DNA of 64,000 bases, taken from Candidatus Bipolaricaulota bacterium (lineage in GTDB: Bacteria; Bipolaricaulota; Bipolaricaulia; UBA7950; UBA9294). The notes under the pieces are model-generated. The model had not been told where the DNA came from and did not search any database. It saw nothing but the letters and a program-made list of their open reading frames with translations. Numbering within the stretch: the stretch's first letter is position 1; each line of letters begins with the position of its first letter. The stretch covers positions 24,078 through 88,077 of the forward strand of contig JAPLGD010000068.1 in assembly GCA_026390345.1 (NCBI GenBank). Reading direction: 5' to 3'. Below, in pieces: positions 17,327 through 27,665 of the stretch. The translations under genes were made by a program, and so were the position numbers.

Positions 17327-19656
17327 CGCTCTCCTTTCGGCCGTCGCTCACACACGAGCGCCTCAAGCACTCGTTCCGGCGTGAACGGCGTCCGCCGCAG
17401 GCGGATGCCTACGGCGTCGTAGATCGCGTTCGCGATCGTAGGGATGGGCCCGTTGATCCCGATCTCACCCACCGACTTGGCGCCCATCGGTCCCGTCGGC
17501 TCGTACGATCCCACCAGGATCACGTCAAGGTTCGGAACGTCGAGGGCCCCGGGAATCTTGTAGTCGAAGAGAGACGGGTTTCGCACCCGCCCCGTCGAGC
17601 TGAACAGCATCTCCTCGCTGAGAGCGTAGCCGATCCCGTTGACGATCGCCCCCTCCATCTGACCCTCCGCCATGAGGGGGTTGATCGCGACTCCGCAGTC
17701 CACGGCGGCCACGTAGTGTACGACCTTCACCCGCCCCGTCTCCACGTCCACGGCGACCTCAGCAAAGTTGGCCAGGAACGGCGGCGGGGACTCACTGGGG
17801 ACGCACGACGCCGTCGCCGCGATCTGGAACTGGTCCGACGAGTACATCGCTCGCCGACACACCTCGGCCAGCGAAACCCGCGCCCCCGCAGGGCCGACGG
17901 CGTGCTCGCCGACCAGCCGCAGGCTCTCGACGGACGCCTTCAGCATTGGCGCGGCCACCGACAGGATCTGGCCGCGCACTCCTTCCGCGGCCCGCTGGAC
18001 GGCCATCCCCGACACGTACGTCGTCGACGACGCGTACGCGCCGACGTCGAACGGGGTCAAGTCCGTGTCGGAGGACGTCACGATCATGCGCGACGCGGGA
18101 ACGCCGAGCACCTCGGCGGCAATCTGCGCGAGGATCGTGTCCGACCCGGTTCCGATATCGGTCGCCCCGACAAGCAGGTTGAACGACCCATCCTCGTTCA
18201 TCTTGATCGTCGCCGCGGCCATGTCGATCTGCGGGATTCCCGAGCCCTGCATCATGATCGACATTCCGACGCCGTGAACCCACGGCCCCTCGCGGCGCCG
18301 GGCTCCGCGCTTCTCACGCCAGCCGATTCGCTCGGCGCCGACCGCGATGCACCGCTCGAGCTCGCAGCTCTTGACCGTCTGCGAAACGCCCTCGCGTCCC
18401 TCTCCGAGCTTTTCGAAAATCGGCGATGTCTCTCCTACCCGGATGTGGTTTCGACGCCGCAACTCGATCGGGTCGAGGCCGAGGCGTTCCGAGAGCTCGT
18501 CCATCGCCGTCTCGAGCGGGAAGTACCCTTGCGTCGCACCGTAGCCGCGGTAGGCTCCCGGAACCGGGAGGTTCGTGTACACCGCCTGCCCGTAGAAGTG
18601 GGCGTTCTTCGCCTTGTTGTAGAGCGGCAGTGTCTTCGAACCGGTGTTGGCGAGCACGGTCAAGCCGTGCGCTCCGTATGCCCCCGTGTTCGACGTCGCC
18701 TCCATCTCGATCGCGTGGAGCACGCCGTCCTTGTTCGCACCAAGCTTCACGCGAACGCGCATCGGATGGCGGGTCCGCGCCGCGACGAACTCCTCCGCGC
18801 GCGACAGGCTGAGGAACGCGGCGCGTCCCGTCCGGAGCGTCACCCAGCCCGCGATGTCCTCGAGCAGGACCTCTTGCTTCGTGCCGAATCCCCCGCCGAC
18901 GCGCGGCTTGATCACCCGGATCCGTTGGATCGGGATCCCTAGCGTCTGTGCGACGATGCGCCGAACGTGGAACGGGACCTGCGTGCTCGTCCGTAGAACA
19001 AGCCGATCGTCGCTGTCGAGGTAGCTGTGGACGACGTGGGTCTCGATCGGCGTGTGTTGGGCGTACTGCGTCTCGCACGTCGTCTCCACGACCACGTCCG
19101 ACTCTACGAATCCACGCTCGACGTCGCCCACGTCAATGTCCACATCGGCGACGATGTTTCGTGCGGCTTCGTAAATCCCCGTCGAGTCCCCCTCGTCGTG
19201 AATGACGGGGGCCCCCTCGGCTCTCGCCTCGTCGATCGAGAGCACCGCCGGCAGTTCTTCGTACGTGACCCGGATCGCCCGCAAGGCCTCCTCCGCCGCC
19301 TCCTCTGTCTCCGCCGCCACCGCCGCGACGCGATCACCAACGAAGCGCACCTTCGTGTCGAACATCCGCGCGTCGTAGGGCGACGGTTCCGGATAGCCCT
19401 GGCCCGCCGTCGTGTGCCTTGTCGAAGGCGTGTTCTCGTACGTCAGGATCGCGATCACACCGGGGATCTGCGCCGCCGCGGAGCTGTCGATTCGGACGAT
19501 GCGGGCGTGCGCGTGAGGGCTCCCAAGGATCTTGACGTAGAGCACGTCCGACAGGTCAACGTCAGCGACGAATTTCGGTTTCCCTTTGACGAGACCGACG
19601 CCGTCGACCTTGCGGACGCTTTGCCCGACGACGACAAACGACTCTCGCTCAGCCAT
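17323..19656 (-). CDS. Xanthine dehydrogenase/aldehyde oxidase family molybdopterin-binding large subunit (CoxL-like, 777 aa)
   Basis: Typical N-terminal a/b-hammerhead (VRKVDGVGLVKGKPKFVADV) and molybdopterin-binding domains. It overlaps the 2Fe-2S gene. Confidence 0.9.
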   Translation of the reverse strand: MAERESFVVVGQSVRKVDGVGLVKGKPKFVADVDLSDVLYVKILGSPHAHARIVRIDSSAAAQIPGVIAILTYENTPSTRHTTAGQGYPEPSPYDARMFDTKVRFVGDRVAAVAAETEEAAEEALRAIRVTYEELPAVLSIDEARAEGAPVIHDEGDSTGIYEAARNIVADVDIDVGDVERGFVESDVVVETTCETQYAQHTPIETHVVHSYLDSDDRLVLRTSTQVPFHVRRIVAQTLGIPIQRIRVIKPRVGGGFGTKQEVLLEDIAGWVTLRTGRAAFLSLSRAEEFVAARTRHPMRVRVKLGANKDGVLHAIEMEATSNTGAYGAHGLTVLANTGSKTLPLYNKAKNAHFYGQAVYTNLPVPGAYRGYGATQGYFPLETAMDELSERLGLDPIELRRRNHIRVGETSPIFEKLGEGREGVSQTVKSCELERCIAVGAERIGWREKRGARRREGPWVHGVGMSIMMQGSGIPQIDMAAATIKMNEDGSFNLLVGATDIGTGSDTILAQIAAEVLGVPASRMIVTSSDTDLTPFDVGAYASSTTYVSGMAVQRAAEGVRGQILSVAAPMLKASVESLRLVGEHAVGPAGARVSLAEVCRRAMYSSDQFQIAATASCVPSESPPPFLANFAEVAVDVETGRVKVVHYVAAVDCGVAINPLMAEGQMEGAIVNGIGYALSEEMLFSSTGRVRNPSLFDYKIPGALDVPNLDVILVGSYEPTGPMGAKSVGEIGINGPIPTIANAIYDAVGIRLRRTPFTPERVLEALVCERRPKGER

Positions 19657-20125
19657 TCCGTCCGCTCCTCATCCGCTCGGCCGCCGTTTGGACCGCCCGG
19701 ATCTGCTTCACGTATCCGGTGCAGCGACACAGATTGCCCGAGATCGCCTCGCGGATCTCCCCCTCGCTCGGGGTCGGGTTCCGAGACAGGAGGTCGTACG
19801 CGGAGAGAACCATGCCCGGCGTGCAGTACCCGCACTGCACCGCGCCTTCGTCGAGGAACGCCTCCTGGATCGGGTGGAGCGCGTCGCCGTTCGCAAGCCC
19901 TTCGATCGTCAGGATCGCTCTCTTCTCCGCCTTCGCCGCCAGGACGAGGCACGCGTTGACCGCGCGGCCGTCGAGGAGCACGGTGCACGCTCCGCAATCC
20001 CCCGACCCGCACCCCTTCTTGACGCCTACGTGCCCCGCGCGGCGTAGGACCTCGAGCAGCGTGTCTCCCGGGTTCGCATCGACGACGCGGCGCGCGCCGT
20101 TGATCGTCAGTTCGAGGCTCGTCAT
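19649..20125 (-). CDS. (2Fe-2S)-binding small subunit of a molybdenum hydroxylase (CoxS-like)
   Basis: CGSGDCGACTV and QCGYCTPG, CRCTGY motifs. Confidence 0.9.
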   Translation of the reverse strand: MTSLELTINGARRVVDANPGDTLLEVLRRAGHVGVKKGCGSGDCGACTVLLDGRAVNACLVLAAKAEKRAILTIEGLANGDALHPIQEAFLDEGAVQCGYCTPGMVLSAYDLLSRNPTPSEGEIREAISGNLCRCTGYVKQIRAVQTAAERMRSGRNG

Positions 20126-20988
20126 AGCGCCCCCTCCATCCCGTCACGCGTCAGCCGCTCAAAGCAACGCCGCACGCCGACCTCGGTCAACGTCCTGCGG
20201 TACAACTCCGACGCGCGGCGGTCGTCGCGAGCGTCGACGCCGCGCGCCGCGAGCGACGCCGCGTCGCCGATCGTCGCCGACGACGGACGCTTCCCCTCGA
20301 GGGCAGCTTCCACGTCTGGGAGCCTCCGCGCCAGGGCCGGTGTTCCGCCCACGGCGACTCGCACGCGGCTGCAGGTGCCCTTCGCAACCTCCACAACGCA
20401 GGCGCAATTCAGAAGCCCGACGTCGAACCCTGTTCGCGCGAACTTCTCGAACGCGCCTCGTGTTGAGGGCGCCCGCTTGGGCAGCCGGATCCCCGTGACG
20501 AGCGGAGCGACGTTCTGCGATCGTGAGGCGTAGAAGTCCGCGGCCGGAACCGAGCGCGCCGCACCGTCGAAGACCTCAACGTCCGCGTCGAGGACCAAGA
20601 GAGCAAGAACCACGTCCGACCAGGGATGGGCGCGCGCCACCGCGCCGCCGATCGTCGCCACGTTCCGCTGCAGCGGAGACGCGACCTGCCGAAGCACGTC
20701 ACGGAGGAAGCCGCCTGCATAGGCGGCGATCTCCGGGGCCTCAAGAATCCGCGAGAGGGTCGTCCCGGCACTGATCGCGAGTCCCGCGCGGCCTGCGCTA
20801 ACCCCTGCTCGCCCGAGCCGCGAGACGTCGATCAGCGTCGTCACCGTCTCCGGCGTGTACAGAATGAGATCGATTCCTCCGCCGAGGAATCGCGTCGTCT
20901 CCGGGTCGGCCGTCCGAAGCCTCCACGCCTCGTCCGCCGTGGTCGGCCGGGCGATCGACTGGATGCGGTGAAGTCCCACGTCTTCCAC
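20122..20988 (-). CDS. FAD-binding subunit of a molybdenum hydroxylase (CoxM-like)
   Basis: LGGGIDLIL, ATIGGAV and related motifs. The start is GTG at 20988 or 20979. The tracked ORF extends into upstream Arg-rich read-through. Overlaps the next gene by 4 nt. Confidence 0.8.
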   Translation of the reverse strand: MEDVGLHRIQSIARPTTADEAWRLRTADPETTRFLGGGIDLILYTPETVTTLIDVSRLGRAGVSAGRAGLAISAGTTLSRILEAPEIAAYAGGFLRDVLRQVASPLQRNVATIGGAVARAHPWSDVVLALLVLDADVEVFDGAARSVPAADFYASRSQNVAPLVTGIRLPKRAPSTRGAFEKFARTGFDVGLLNCACVVEVAKGTCSRVRVAVGGTPALARRLPDVEAALEGKRPSSATIGDAASLAARGVDARDDRRASELYRRTLTEVGVRRCFERLTRDGMEGAL

Positions 20989-21303
20989 GTCTCCTTCGCG
21001 TTCTTCGCGTCGATTATTGCCATCGCCTCGGGCCGAAACAAGCGGACCCGGCTTCCCGTGTTTGCACGCCGTGGTGCCTCGCATCGCCCATCTTGTCGTA
21101 TCCTCCATGTGATGCTATCCTGTGACTACGCATAGCGGCCTCCTGTCCGGAACGCCGTGCCTCATCCGGCGGGCGGAGCAAGGCTACAGAAGCTGCGGCT
21201 CCGCCCGCCCTCCGTTTCCCGGCCGTATCGTTGTCTGACCGTCCGACAGCCGCTATCCTCTCCCCCGCAGGTTGCAGAAAGCGCCGACCGGAACGGAGGT
21301 CCG

Positions 21304-22629
21304 ATGAAACAAGCGATCGAGAACGCTGTCGTGTGGGACGGGGAGCGGGTGATCGAGCGCGGATCAATCCGGATCGAGGACGGTCTGATCGCCGCGGTCG
21401 GCCCGACCGCAGGCAGTCGTTTCGCCGCAGACGAGACGATCGACGCCGAGGGAAGGCTCGCAATCCCCGGGTTCATCAACGCCCACACCCACCTCTACAG
21501 CAGCCTGGCGCGAGGGCTGTCCCTCCCCGGCTACGCGCCGCAGTCGTTTACCCAGATCCTAGAGCAGCTCTGGTGGCGACTCGACAAGGCTTTCGACGAC
21601 TCCGCCGTAACGACGAGCGCCCTCGTCGGCGCGATGGAGGCGGCCCGCTGCGGGGTGACAACCCTCGTCGACCACCACGCGAGCCCGAACGCGATTCCCG
21701 GCTCGCTCGACCGCGTGCGCGACGCGGTGTGCCGCCGAGTCGGCCTTCGCGCCGCTCTGTGCTACGAGACGTCCGATCGGGACGGAGACGAGCGTGCCCT
21801 CCTCGGGATCCAAGAGAACGCCCGTTTCCTCGCGACCCTCGACCCGCAGGATTCGCTCTGCTCGGGGCTCTTCGGGCTTCATGCCTCGCTGACGCTCGGC
21901 GACGGAACGCTCCGAGCCGTCGCGGCGAAGTTCCCGGACGGCGCGGGGATCCACATCCACGTCGCCGAGGGTCCGGAGGACGAGCCGCAGTGCGTGAAGC
22001 GCCACGGCGTCCGCATCGTTCCGCGGCTCGACGGGTTCGGCCTTCTCCGCCCGCGCTCGATCCTGGCCCACTGCCTGCACGTGGACGCCGACGAGAAGGA
22101 CTTGATCGCCAAGCGGGACGCGATCGTCGTCCACAACCCGCGCTCCAACATGAACAACGCCGTGGGCACCTTCGACCTTGACGGATTCCTCGACCGCGGC
22201 ATCCTGGCGGGGCTCGGGACGGACGGACTCGGCGCGAACATGCTCGCTGAGCTCTTCACGGCCGGACTCGCCCAGCGCCAGGCGAGGCAGGACGCTCTCG
22301 CCGGAGCATTCCCGCAGCTCGACCGGCTTCTCTTCGAGAATAACCCTGCGATCGCCGAGCGCGTCTTCGGAGTCCGGACCGGGCGGCTCGTTCCCGGGGC
22401 TCCCGCCGACATTGCCGTCCTCGACTACGCGGCCCCGACGCCGCTTGCCGAAGGCAACGTTCTCGGGCACCTCCTCTTCGGGGTTGCCGTGCACGCGCTC
22501 CGCGTGAGCGACCTGTTCGTAGGGGGCCATCCGATCCTGCGGAAGGGCCTGTTCGTCGACCTCGACGAGCGCGAGGAGTACGCGCACGCTCGAGAGGAAG
22601 CGCGCCGCCTGTGGAAGCGAATCGCATGA
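21304..22629 (+). CDS. ssnA: SsnA-like putative aminohydrolase (amidohydrolase superfamily)
   Basis: GFINAHTHLYSSLARG ... LWWRLDKAFD ... VDHHASP ... HNPRSNMNNAVG ... GLGTDG are collinear with E. coli SsnA. ATG at 21304 is preceded by GGAGG. Confidence 0.85.
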   Translation: MKQAIENAVVWDGERVIERGSIRIEDGLIAAVGPTAGSRFAADETIDAEGRLAIPGFINAHTHLYSSLARGLSLPGYAPQSFTQILEQLWWRLDKAFDDSAVTTSALVGAMEAARCGVTTLVDHHASPNAIPGSLDRVRDAVCRRVGLRAALCYETSDRDGDERALLGIQENARFLATLDPQDSLCSGLFGLHASLTLGDGTLRAVAAKFPDGAGIHIHVAEGPEDEPQCVKRHGVRIVPRLDGFGLLRPRSILAHCLHVDADEKDLIAKRDAIVVHNPRSNMNNAVGTFDLDGFLDRGILAGLGTDGLGANMLAELFTAGLAQRQARQDALAGAFPQLDRLLFENNPAIAERVFGVRTGRLVPGAPADIAVLDYAAPTPLAEGNVLGHLLFGVAVHALRVSDLFVGGHPILRKGLFVDLDEREEYAHAREEARRLWKRIA

Positions 22630-22639
22630 GGAGGCGACC

Positions 22640-25600
22640 GTGAGCCACGCCATGCGTCCGACGCCCTTCGAGCCGCTCCTTCGCCGAGTTCTCGACGAGT
22701 ACCGCGAGCGAGGGAGCATCCTTGGGATCCCCGGCGGCCTCTTCTACCGACCGCAGGAGTCCGCCCCGTATGCGACGAAGATCTTCGGCTCTCCGCTCGC
22801 GACCCCGATCGGTCCGGCCGCCGGTCCGCACACCCAGCTCGCGGGGAACATCGTCTCGGCGTGGCTGTGCGGCGGACGGTTCATCGAGCTGAAGACAGTC
22901 CAGATCATGGACGAGCTCGATATCCCGCGCCCGTGCATCGACGCCGCCGACGAGGGGTACAACGTCGAGTGGTCGCAGGAGCTCCGCCTGGAGGAGTCCG
23001 CCCGCGAATACGCGTCGGCGTGGGCCCTCGTCCACATCCTCCACCGGCTCCTCGGCCTCGAAAGGCGGGTCCCCCTCGGCACAGTCTTCAACATGAGCGT
23101 TGGCTACAACCTGGAGGGAATCCGCAGCTCCCGCATGCAACGGTTCATGGACTCCCTCGAGGACGCTTCGGAACTCCTCGACCCGATCCGCAAGAGGCTT
23201 CGGACCCGCTTCCCACGCTTCGCTGACGTCGACATTCCGAACCGCATCGCGAACAGCGTCACGCTCTCGACGATGCACGGCTGCCCGCCCGACGAGATCG
23301 AGCGGATCGCGACCCATCTCCTCGCAGAGCGCGGCCTGCACACGACCGTCAAGCTGAACCCAACGCTCCTCGGTAAGGAGCGCCTGGCCCAGATCCTCCA
23401 CAGCCATCTTGGGTTTGTGGAGATCGAGGTTCCCGACGCCGCCTTCGCCCACGACCTCCCCTACGACCGAGCCCGCGAGCTGATCGCGTCGCTCCGGCGC
23501 GCCGCCGATCGATGCGGCCGGACGTTCGGCGTAAAGCTGTCGAACACCCTTGAGGTGAGAAACCATCGCGGCGTCCTCGCGGGAACCGAGATGTACCTGT
23601 CGGGCCGGCCCCTCTACCCAATCACGCTCGACCTCTTCCTACGGTTGCGGCGTGAGTTCCCAGGCCTTCCCGTGTCGTACTCCGCCGGCGCCAACGCCGA
23701 CAACGTCGCGTCGCTCCTCGCCGCCGGCGTATGCCCCGTGACGGTCGCCTCCGACCTTCTGAAGCCCGGAGGCTACGGCCGACTCGCCCAGTATTTGGAA
23801 CGCATCTCCGACGCCATGGCCGCGGCAGGCGCCGCGTCGCTCGCGGCGTTTGCCGCCGACGCCGATCGCACCCTGGAGCGCGTCGCGGCCGAGGCTCTCT
23901 TCGACCCTCGCCACACGAAGGGCTACGTCCCGGCGGAGCTTCCCAAAGTGGCATCGCCGCTGACGGCGTTCGATTGCATCGCGGCCCCGTGCGTCGAGGC
24001 GTGCGCGGTCTGCCAAGATGTGCCCGAGTACGTTGGCTACCTCGAGGACGGCGACGCGGACGCCGCGCTCACGGCGATTCTCCGCCGGAACCCGCTCCCC
24101 GGCATCACCGGTCACATCTGCACGCACCGTTGCCAGACCCGCTGCACGAGGACGAACGTCGACCGCGCTGTCGGGATTCGCGACCTAAAGCGGTTCGCCC
24201 TCGAGCGCGGACAAGCCCGGCTCACTCCCGCTGCATCCACGGGGCACCGGGTCGCGGTGATCGGCGCCGGACCCTCCGGCCTCGCCGCCGCCTTCCACCT
24301 CGCGCTCGCGGGCGTCGCCGTTACGGTCTTCGAGGCAAAGGATCGAGCCGGCGGAATGCCGGCACTCGCCCCGGCGTTCCGACTCCCACCGAACATCGTC
24401 ACCGCCGACGTGGCACGCATCGAGGCGCTCGGCGTCGAGATCCGCACGAGCGCGCCGATCAAGGCGCCGCCGAGCGACCTCCTCGCGCAGGGCTTCGCCG
24501 CCGTCTACGTCGCCACCGGCTTCCCAAGAGACTCGATGCCCGAGGACGTCGCTGGGATCGATGCCGAGGGAGTGTACGGGGCCGTCGACTTCCTTGACCG
24601 CGTCGCCCACGAGCGGCCGCCGGCCCTCGGCACCTCGATCGTCGTCATTGGCGGCGGGAACACGGCGATGGACGCTGCGCGAACGGCATCTCGCCTCACC
24701 CACCACCCGTGCACCGTCGCCTACCGCCGGACGCGGGCCGAGATGCCGGCCGACGCCGAAGAGGTCGCCCTCCTGCTCGAGGAGGGCAACGTCCTCCTCG
24801 AACTCGTCTCTCCTGTGAAGGTCGTCGCCGAACGCGGTCGCGTCGTGTCCGTCGAGTGCGTTCGCAACCACCTCGGCGAGCCCGGAGCCGACGGGCGTCG
24901 CCGCCCCGAACCGACCCCGGGGAGCAATCTGCGGTTGTCGGCCGACGCCGTCATCGTCGCCACCGGCCAGCGCTCCGACCGCGATCTCCTGCGCTCCTGG
25001 AGGCTCGAGACCCGACCGGACGGAGGCGTCGTCGTGCACGAGGCAACCGGCCGGGCGGCACCGGACGCGATCTACGCCGGCGGCGATCTGGCCCGCGGGC
25101 CGGCGATCGCCGTGGCAGCGGCCGCCGACGGGCGGCGCGCTGCGGAGGCGATCCTGGCCGAGCTTGGAATCCCGCTCCGCGCCCCGGCAGATCGCGCGAC
25201 GCCGAGCGCGTCCCGCGATGTCGAGGAGATCCGCCGCCGCAGAGCCCGGAGAGACAATCGCCAGGAGCCGTCTCGGCTTCCCATCGGACGACGCGGCGGG
25301 TTTGAGCTTGTGACGTCCGGCTTCACCGAGGCCCAAGCCTCCTCGGAAGCGTCGCGCTGCCTCCAGTGCGCGACCATCTGTGAGAAGTGCGTCCAGGTCT
25401 GCCCCAACCGCGCCAACGTCCCGTACGAGATCGAGCCGGTCGACGTCGAGGTCCCCGTCGTGTCCCTCGCGGACGGCGCGGTCGCAGGCCACGAGCGCGT
25501 CTCGATCCATCAGCCACGTCAGATCCTTCACATCGACGACTTGTGCAACGAGTGCGGCAACTGCACGACGTTCTGCGTCCACGAGGGGAAGCCGCACGCC

Positions 25601-25924
25601 GAGAAGCCCCGGCTCTTCTGGGACCGCGCCGCGTTCGACGCCACCGGACAGAACGCCCTGTTCGTCGACGGCACGGCGCTCTACGCGAAGACCGCGGACG
25701 GTGAGTCGATTCGCGTGCTCCTGACGGAAGACGGATACGCGTACGAGGACGCGAACCTCACGGCCCGGCTGACCCCGGCACTCGCCGTCACCGAGGTCCA
25801 CTCGCGCAGAAGGGGGAAGGGGAACCGCTCTCTGCGCGCCGCCGTCGAGGCTGCGGCTCTATTCCGCGCCTTACGGAAGTCCGCGCCTTTCGTCCTCCCG
25901 GACCAAGAAGAAGGAGCCTCCTGA
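22640..25924 (+). CDS. ygfK: YgfK-like Fe-S/FAD oxidoreductase (putative selenate-reductase subunit family), 1094 aa
   Basis: Motif-by-motif match to E. coli YgfK (MRPTPFEPLL, GPAAGPHTQLA, GGRFIELKTVQI, CIDAADEGYNVEWS, NMSVGYNLEGI, LSTMHGCPP, VKLNPTLLG, LLKPGGY). Also a GltD-like NAD(P)/FAD domain and a C-terminal Cys cluster. GTG start after GAGGAGG. Confidence 0.9.
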   Translation: MSHAMRPTPFEPLLRRVLDEYRERGSILGIPGGLFYRPQESAPYATKIFGSPLATPIGPAAGPHTQLAGNIVSAWLCGGRFIELKTVQIMDELDIPRPCIDAADEGYNVEWSQELRLEESAREYASAWALVHILHRLLGLERRVPLGTVFNMSVGYNLEGIRSSRMQRFMDSLEDASELLDPIRKRLRTRFPRFADVDIPNRIANSVTLSTMHGCPPDEIERIATHLLAERGLHTTVKLNPTLLGKERLAQILHSHLGFVEIEVPDAAFAHDLPYDRARELIASLRRAADRCGRTFGVKLSNTLEVRNHRGVLAGTEMYLSGRPLYPITLDLFLRLRREFPGLPVSYSAGANADNVASLLAAGVCPVTVASDLLKPGGYGRLAQYLERISDAMAAAGAASLAAFAADADRTLERVAAEALFDPRHTKGYVPAELPKVASPLTAFDCIAAPCVEACAVCQDVPEYVGYLEDGDADAALTAILRRNPLPGITGHICTHRCQTRCTRTNVDRAVGIRDLKRFALERGQARLTPAASTGHRVAVIGAGPSGLAAAFHLALAGVAVTVFEAKDRAGGMPALAPAFRLPPNIVTADVARIEALGVEIRTSAPIKAPPSDLLAQGFAAVYVATGFPRDSMPEDVAGIDAEGVYGAVDFLDRVAHERPPALGTSIVVIGGGNTAMDAARTASRLTHHPCTVAYRRTRAEMPADAEEVALLLEEGNVLLELVSPVKVVAERGRVVSVECVRNHLGEPGADGRRRPEPTPGSNLRLSADAVIVATGQRSDRDLLRSWRLETRPDGGVVVHEATGRAAPDAIYAGGDLARGPAIAVAAAADGRRAAEAILAELGIPLRAPADRATPSASRDVEEIRRRRARRDNRQEPSRLPIGRRGGFELVTSGFTEAQASSEASRCLQCATICEKCVQVCPNRANVPYEIEPVDVEVPVVSLADGAVAGHERVSIHQPRQILHIDDLCNECGNCTTFCVHEGKPHAEKPRLFWDRAAFDATGQNALFVDGTALYAKTADGESIRVLLTEDGYAYEDANLTARLTPALAVTEVHSRRRGKGNRSLRAAVEAAALFRALRKSAPFVLPDQEEGAS

Positions 25925-27162
25925 TGGGCCGAATCGCCGCTCTGCGCTGCATCAGCTGCGGGGTCGAGTACAACCCCGCGCGTGTGGACTACACCTGTCC
26001 GTCCTGTGGGCCGCGGCGCGGCACGCTCGAGGTCCTCTACGACTACGACCGGTTGCGCCGAACCCTGAAACCTTCGTCGTTCTCCGAGACCGGGTTCGCC
26101 TCGATGTGGCGCTACGAGGCGCTCCTTCCGATCGAGGACCGCCGGTTCATTCAGCCGCTGCGTGTCGGATGGACGCCCCTCTACGCTTTTCCGGGCCTCG
26201 CGAAGGAGCTTCGGCTGGCCGCATTCTACGTGAAGGACGACGGACAAAACCCCACGGCCTCCTACAAAGACCGCGCGAGCTCGGTCGTCGTCATCAAGGC
26301 CCAGGAGAAGGGGAGGCCGGTCGTCACGTGCGCATCCACGGGGAACGCCGCGTCCTCCCTCTCCGGTTTTGCGGCGTCGACCGACCTCCGGACGATCATC
26401 TTCGTCCCCGAACGCGCCCCGGAAGCCAAGGTGGCCCAGCTTCTGATCTACGGCGCCAAGGTCTTCCTCGTCCGCGGATCCTACGACGTGGCCTATGACC
26501 TTGCCGCGGAGGCGGCCGAGGCGTTCGGGTGGTATAACCGGTCCGCCGCCGTGAACCCGTACCTGGTCGAGGGTAAGAAGACGGGGGCGCTCGAGATCGC
26601 CGAACAGCTCGGGTGGAACCCGCCGGACGTTGTCTTCATCGGCGTCGGGGACGGCTCGGTGATCAGCGGCCTTTGCAAGGGGTTCGACGAGCTCGTTCGC
26701 CTCGGGCTGATCGCCCGTGCCCCGCGCGTGATCGGCGTCCAGGCGGAGGGCTCGGCGCCGATCGCCCGCGCATTCGCCGCGTACCGGGGACGCACCGTCC
26801 CCATCGAGGATGGGGACGCCCACACCGTCGCTGACAGCATCTGCGTCGGCAAGCCTCGGGACATCGTCAAGGCCGTCACCTACGTCGCGCGAAACGGCGG
26901 CGAGTTCGTGACGGTGAGCGACGCCGAGATCCTCGACGCGATCGTGACGTTGGCCCGCAGGACTGGCGTGTTCGCCGAGCCGGCGGGAGCGGCCTCGTAC
27001 GCCGGGCTTCGCAAGCTCGCCGCCGCGGGTACACTGGAGGGGAAGACGGCGGCCGTCGTGGTTTCCGGGAACGGGCTGAAAGACGTGGCCTCGCCGAGGA
27101 CGATCGTCGAATCTCCCATTCCCGTCGAGCCGTCGTTGAAGGAGATCGAGCGGCACCTATGA
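25924..27162 (+). CDS. Threonine-synthase-like fold-type-II PLP enzyme with an N-terminal zinc ribbon
   Basis: CISCG...CPSCG ribbon, and TASYKDRAS, which contains the PLP lysine. ATG overlaps the ygfK TGA by 1 nt (TGATG) and is preceded by AAGGAG. Confidence 0.8.
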   Translation: MGRIAALRCISCGVEYNPARVDYTCPSCGPRRGTLEVLYDYDRLRRTLKPSSFSETGFASMWRYEALLPIEDRRFIQPLRVGWTPLYAFPGLAKELRLAAFYVKDDGQNPTASYKDRASSVVVIKAQEKGRPVVTCASTGNAASSLSGFAASTDLRTIIFVPERAPEAKVAQLLIYGAKVFLVRGSYDVAYDLAAEAAEAFGWYNRSAAVNPYLVEGKKTGALEIAEQLGWNPPDVVFIGVGDGSVISGLCKGFDELVRLGLIARAPRVIGVQAEGSAPIARAFAAYRGRTVPIEDGDAHTVADSICVGKPRDIVKAVTYVARNGGEFVTVSDAEILDAIVTLARRTGVFAEPAGAASYAGLRKLAAAGTLEGKTAAVVVSGNGLKDVASPRTIVESPIPVEPSLKEIERHL

Positions 27163-27665
27163 AGGTCCGATTCACCGTGAACGGTCATGCCGCAACTGTC
27201 GAGGGAGACGCCGAGATGAGGCTCCTCGACGCGCTTCGCGACGTGCTCCATCTCACGGGAACGAAGGAGGGGTGCGGCGAGGGGGAGTGCGGAGCCTGCA
27301 CCGTCCTCCTCGACGGCCTCCCCGTTAACTCGTGCCTCGTCCTCGCCGCTCAGGCGGAGGGACGCGAGGTGCTGACGATCGAGGGGCTCGCCGACGGCCC
27401 GCGGCTGCACCCGATCCAGCAGGCGTTCGTCGACGCCGGCGCGGTACAGTGCGGCTTCTGCACCCCGGGGTTCGTCATGTCGACCTACGCGCTGCTCCGC
27501 GACCACCCGGCGCCGTCCGAAGAGGAGATCCTCACAGCGCTCGAGGGAAACCTGTGCCGCTGCACGGGGTACGTGAGAATCGTCGATGCGGTCAAGCGGG
27601 CGGCCGTGCAGCTGGCCGAGACGCGCCTCGGTGAGGCGCGAGCACGAGCGCGGGAGACCGCATGA
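27159..27665 (+). CDS. (2Fe-2S)-binding molybdenum-hydroxylase small subunit
   Basis: [11 protein letters not shown] and [14 protein letters not shown] motifs. ATGA overlap with the upstream gene. Confidence 0.9.
   Translation: MKVRFTVNGHAATVEGDAEMRLLDALRDVLHLTGTKEGCGEGECGACTVLLDGLPVNSCLVLAAQAEGREVLTIEGLADGPRLHPIQQAFVDAGAVQCGFCTPGFVMSTYALLRDHPAPSEEEILTALEGNLCRCTGYVRIVDAVKRAAVQLAETRLGEARARARETA

Noticed and set aside
22640-25924. Selenoprotein or in-frame TGA (SECIS) in the hydroxylase genes, given the E. coli selenium-dependent molybdenum hydroxylase analogy
   Set aside because: All subunits read through as uninterrupted ORFs with ordinary stops. No in-frame TGA followed by continuing homology was seen. 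No selD, yqeB or yqeC lies in the window.
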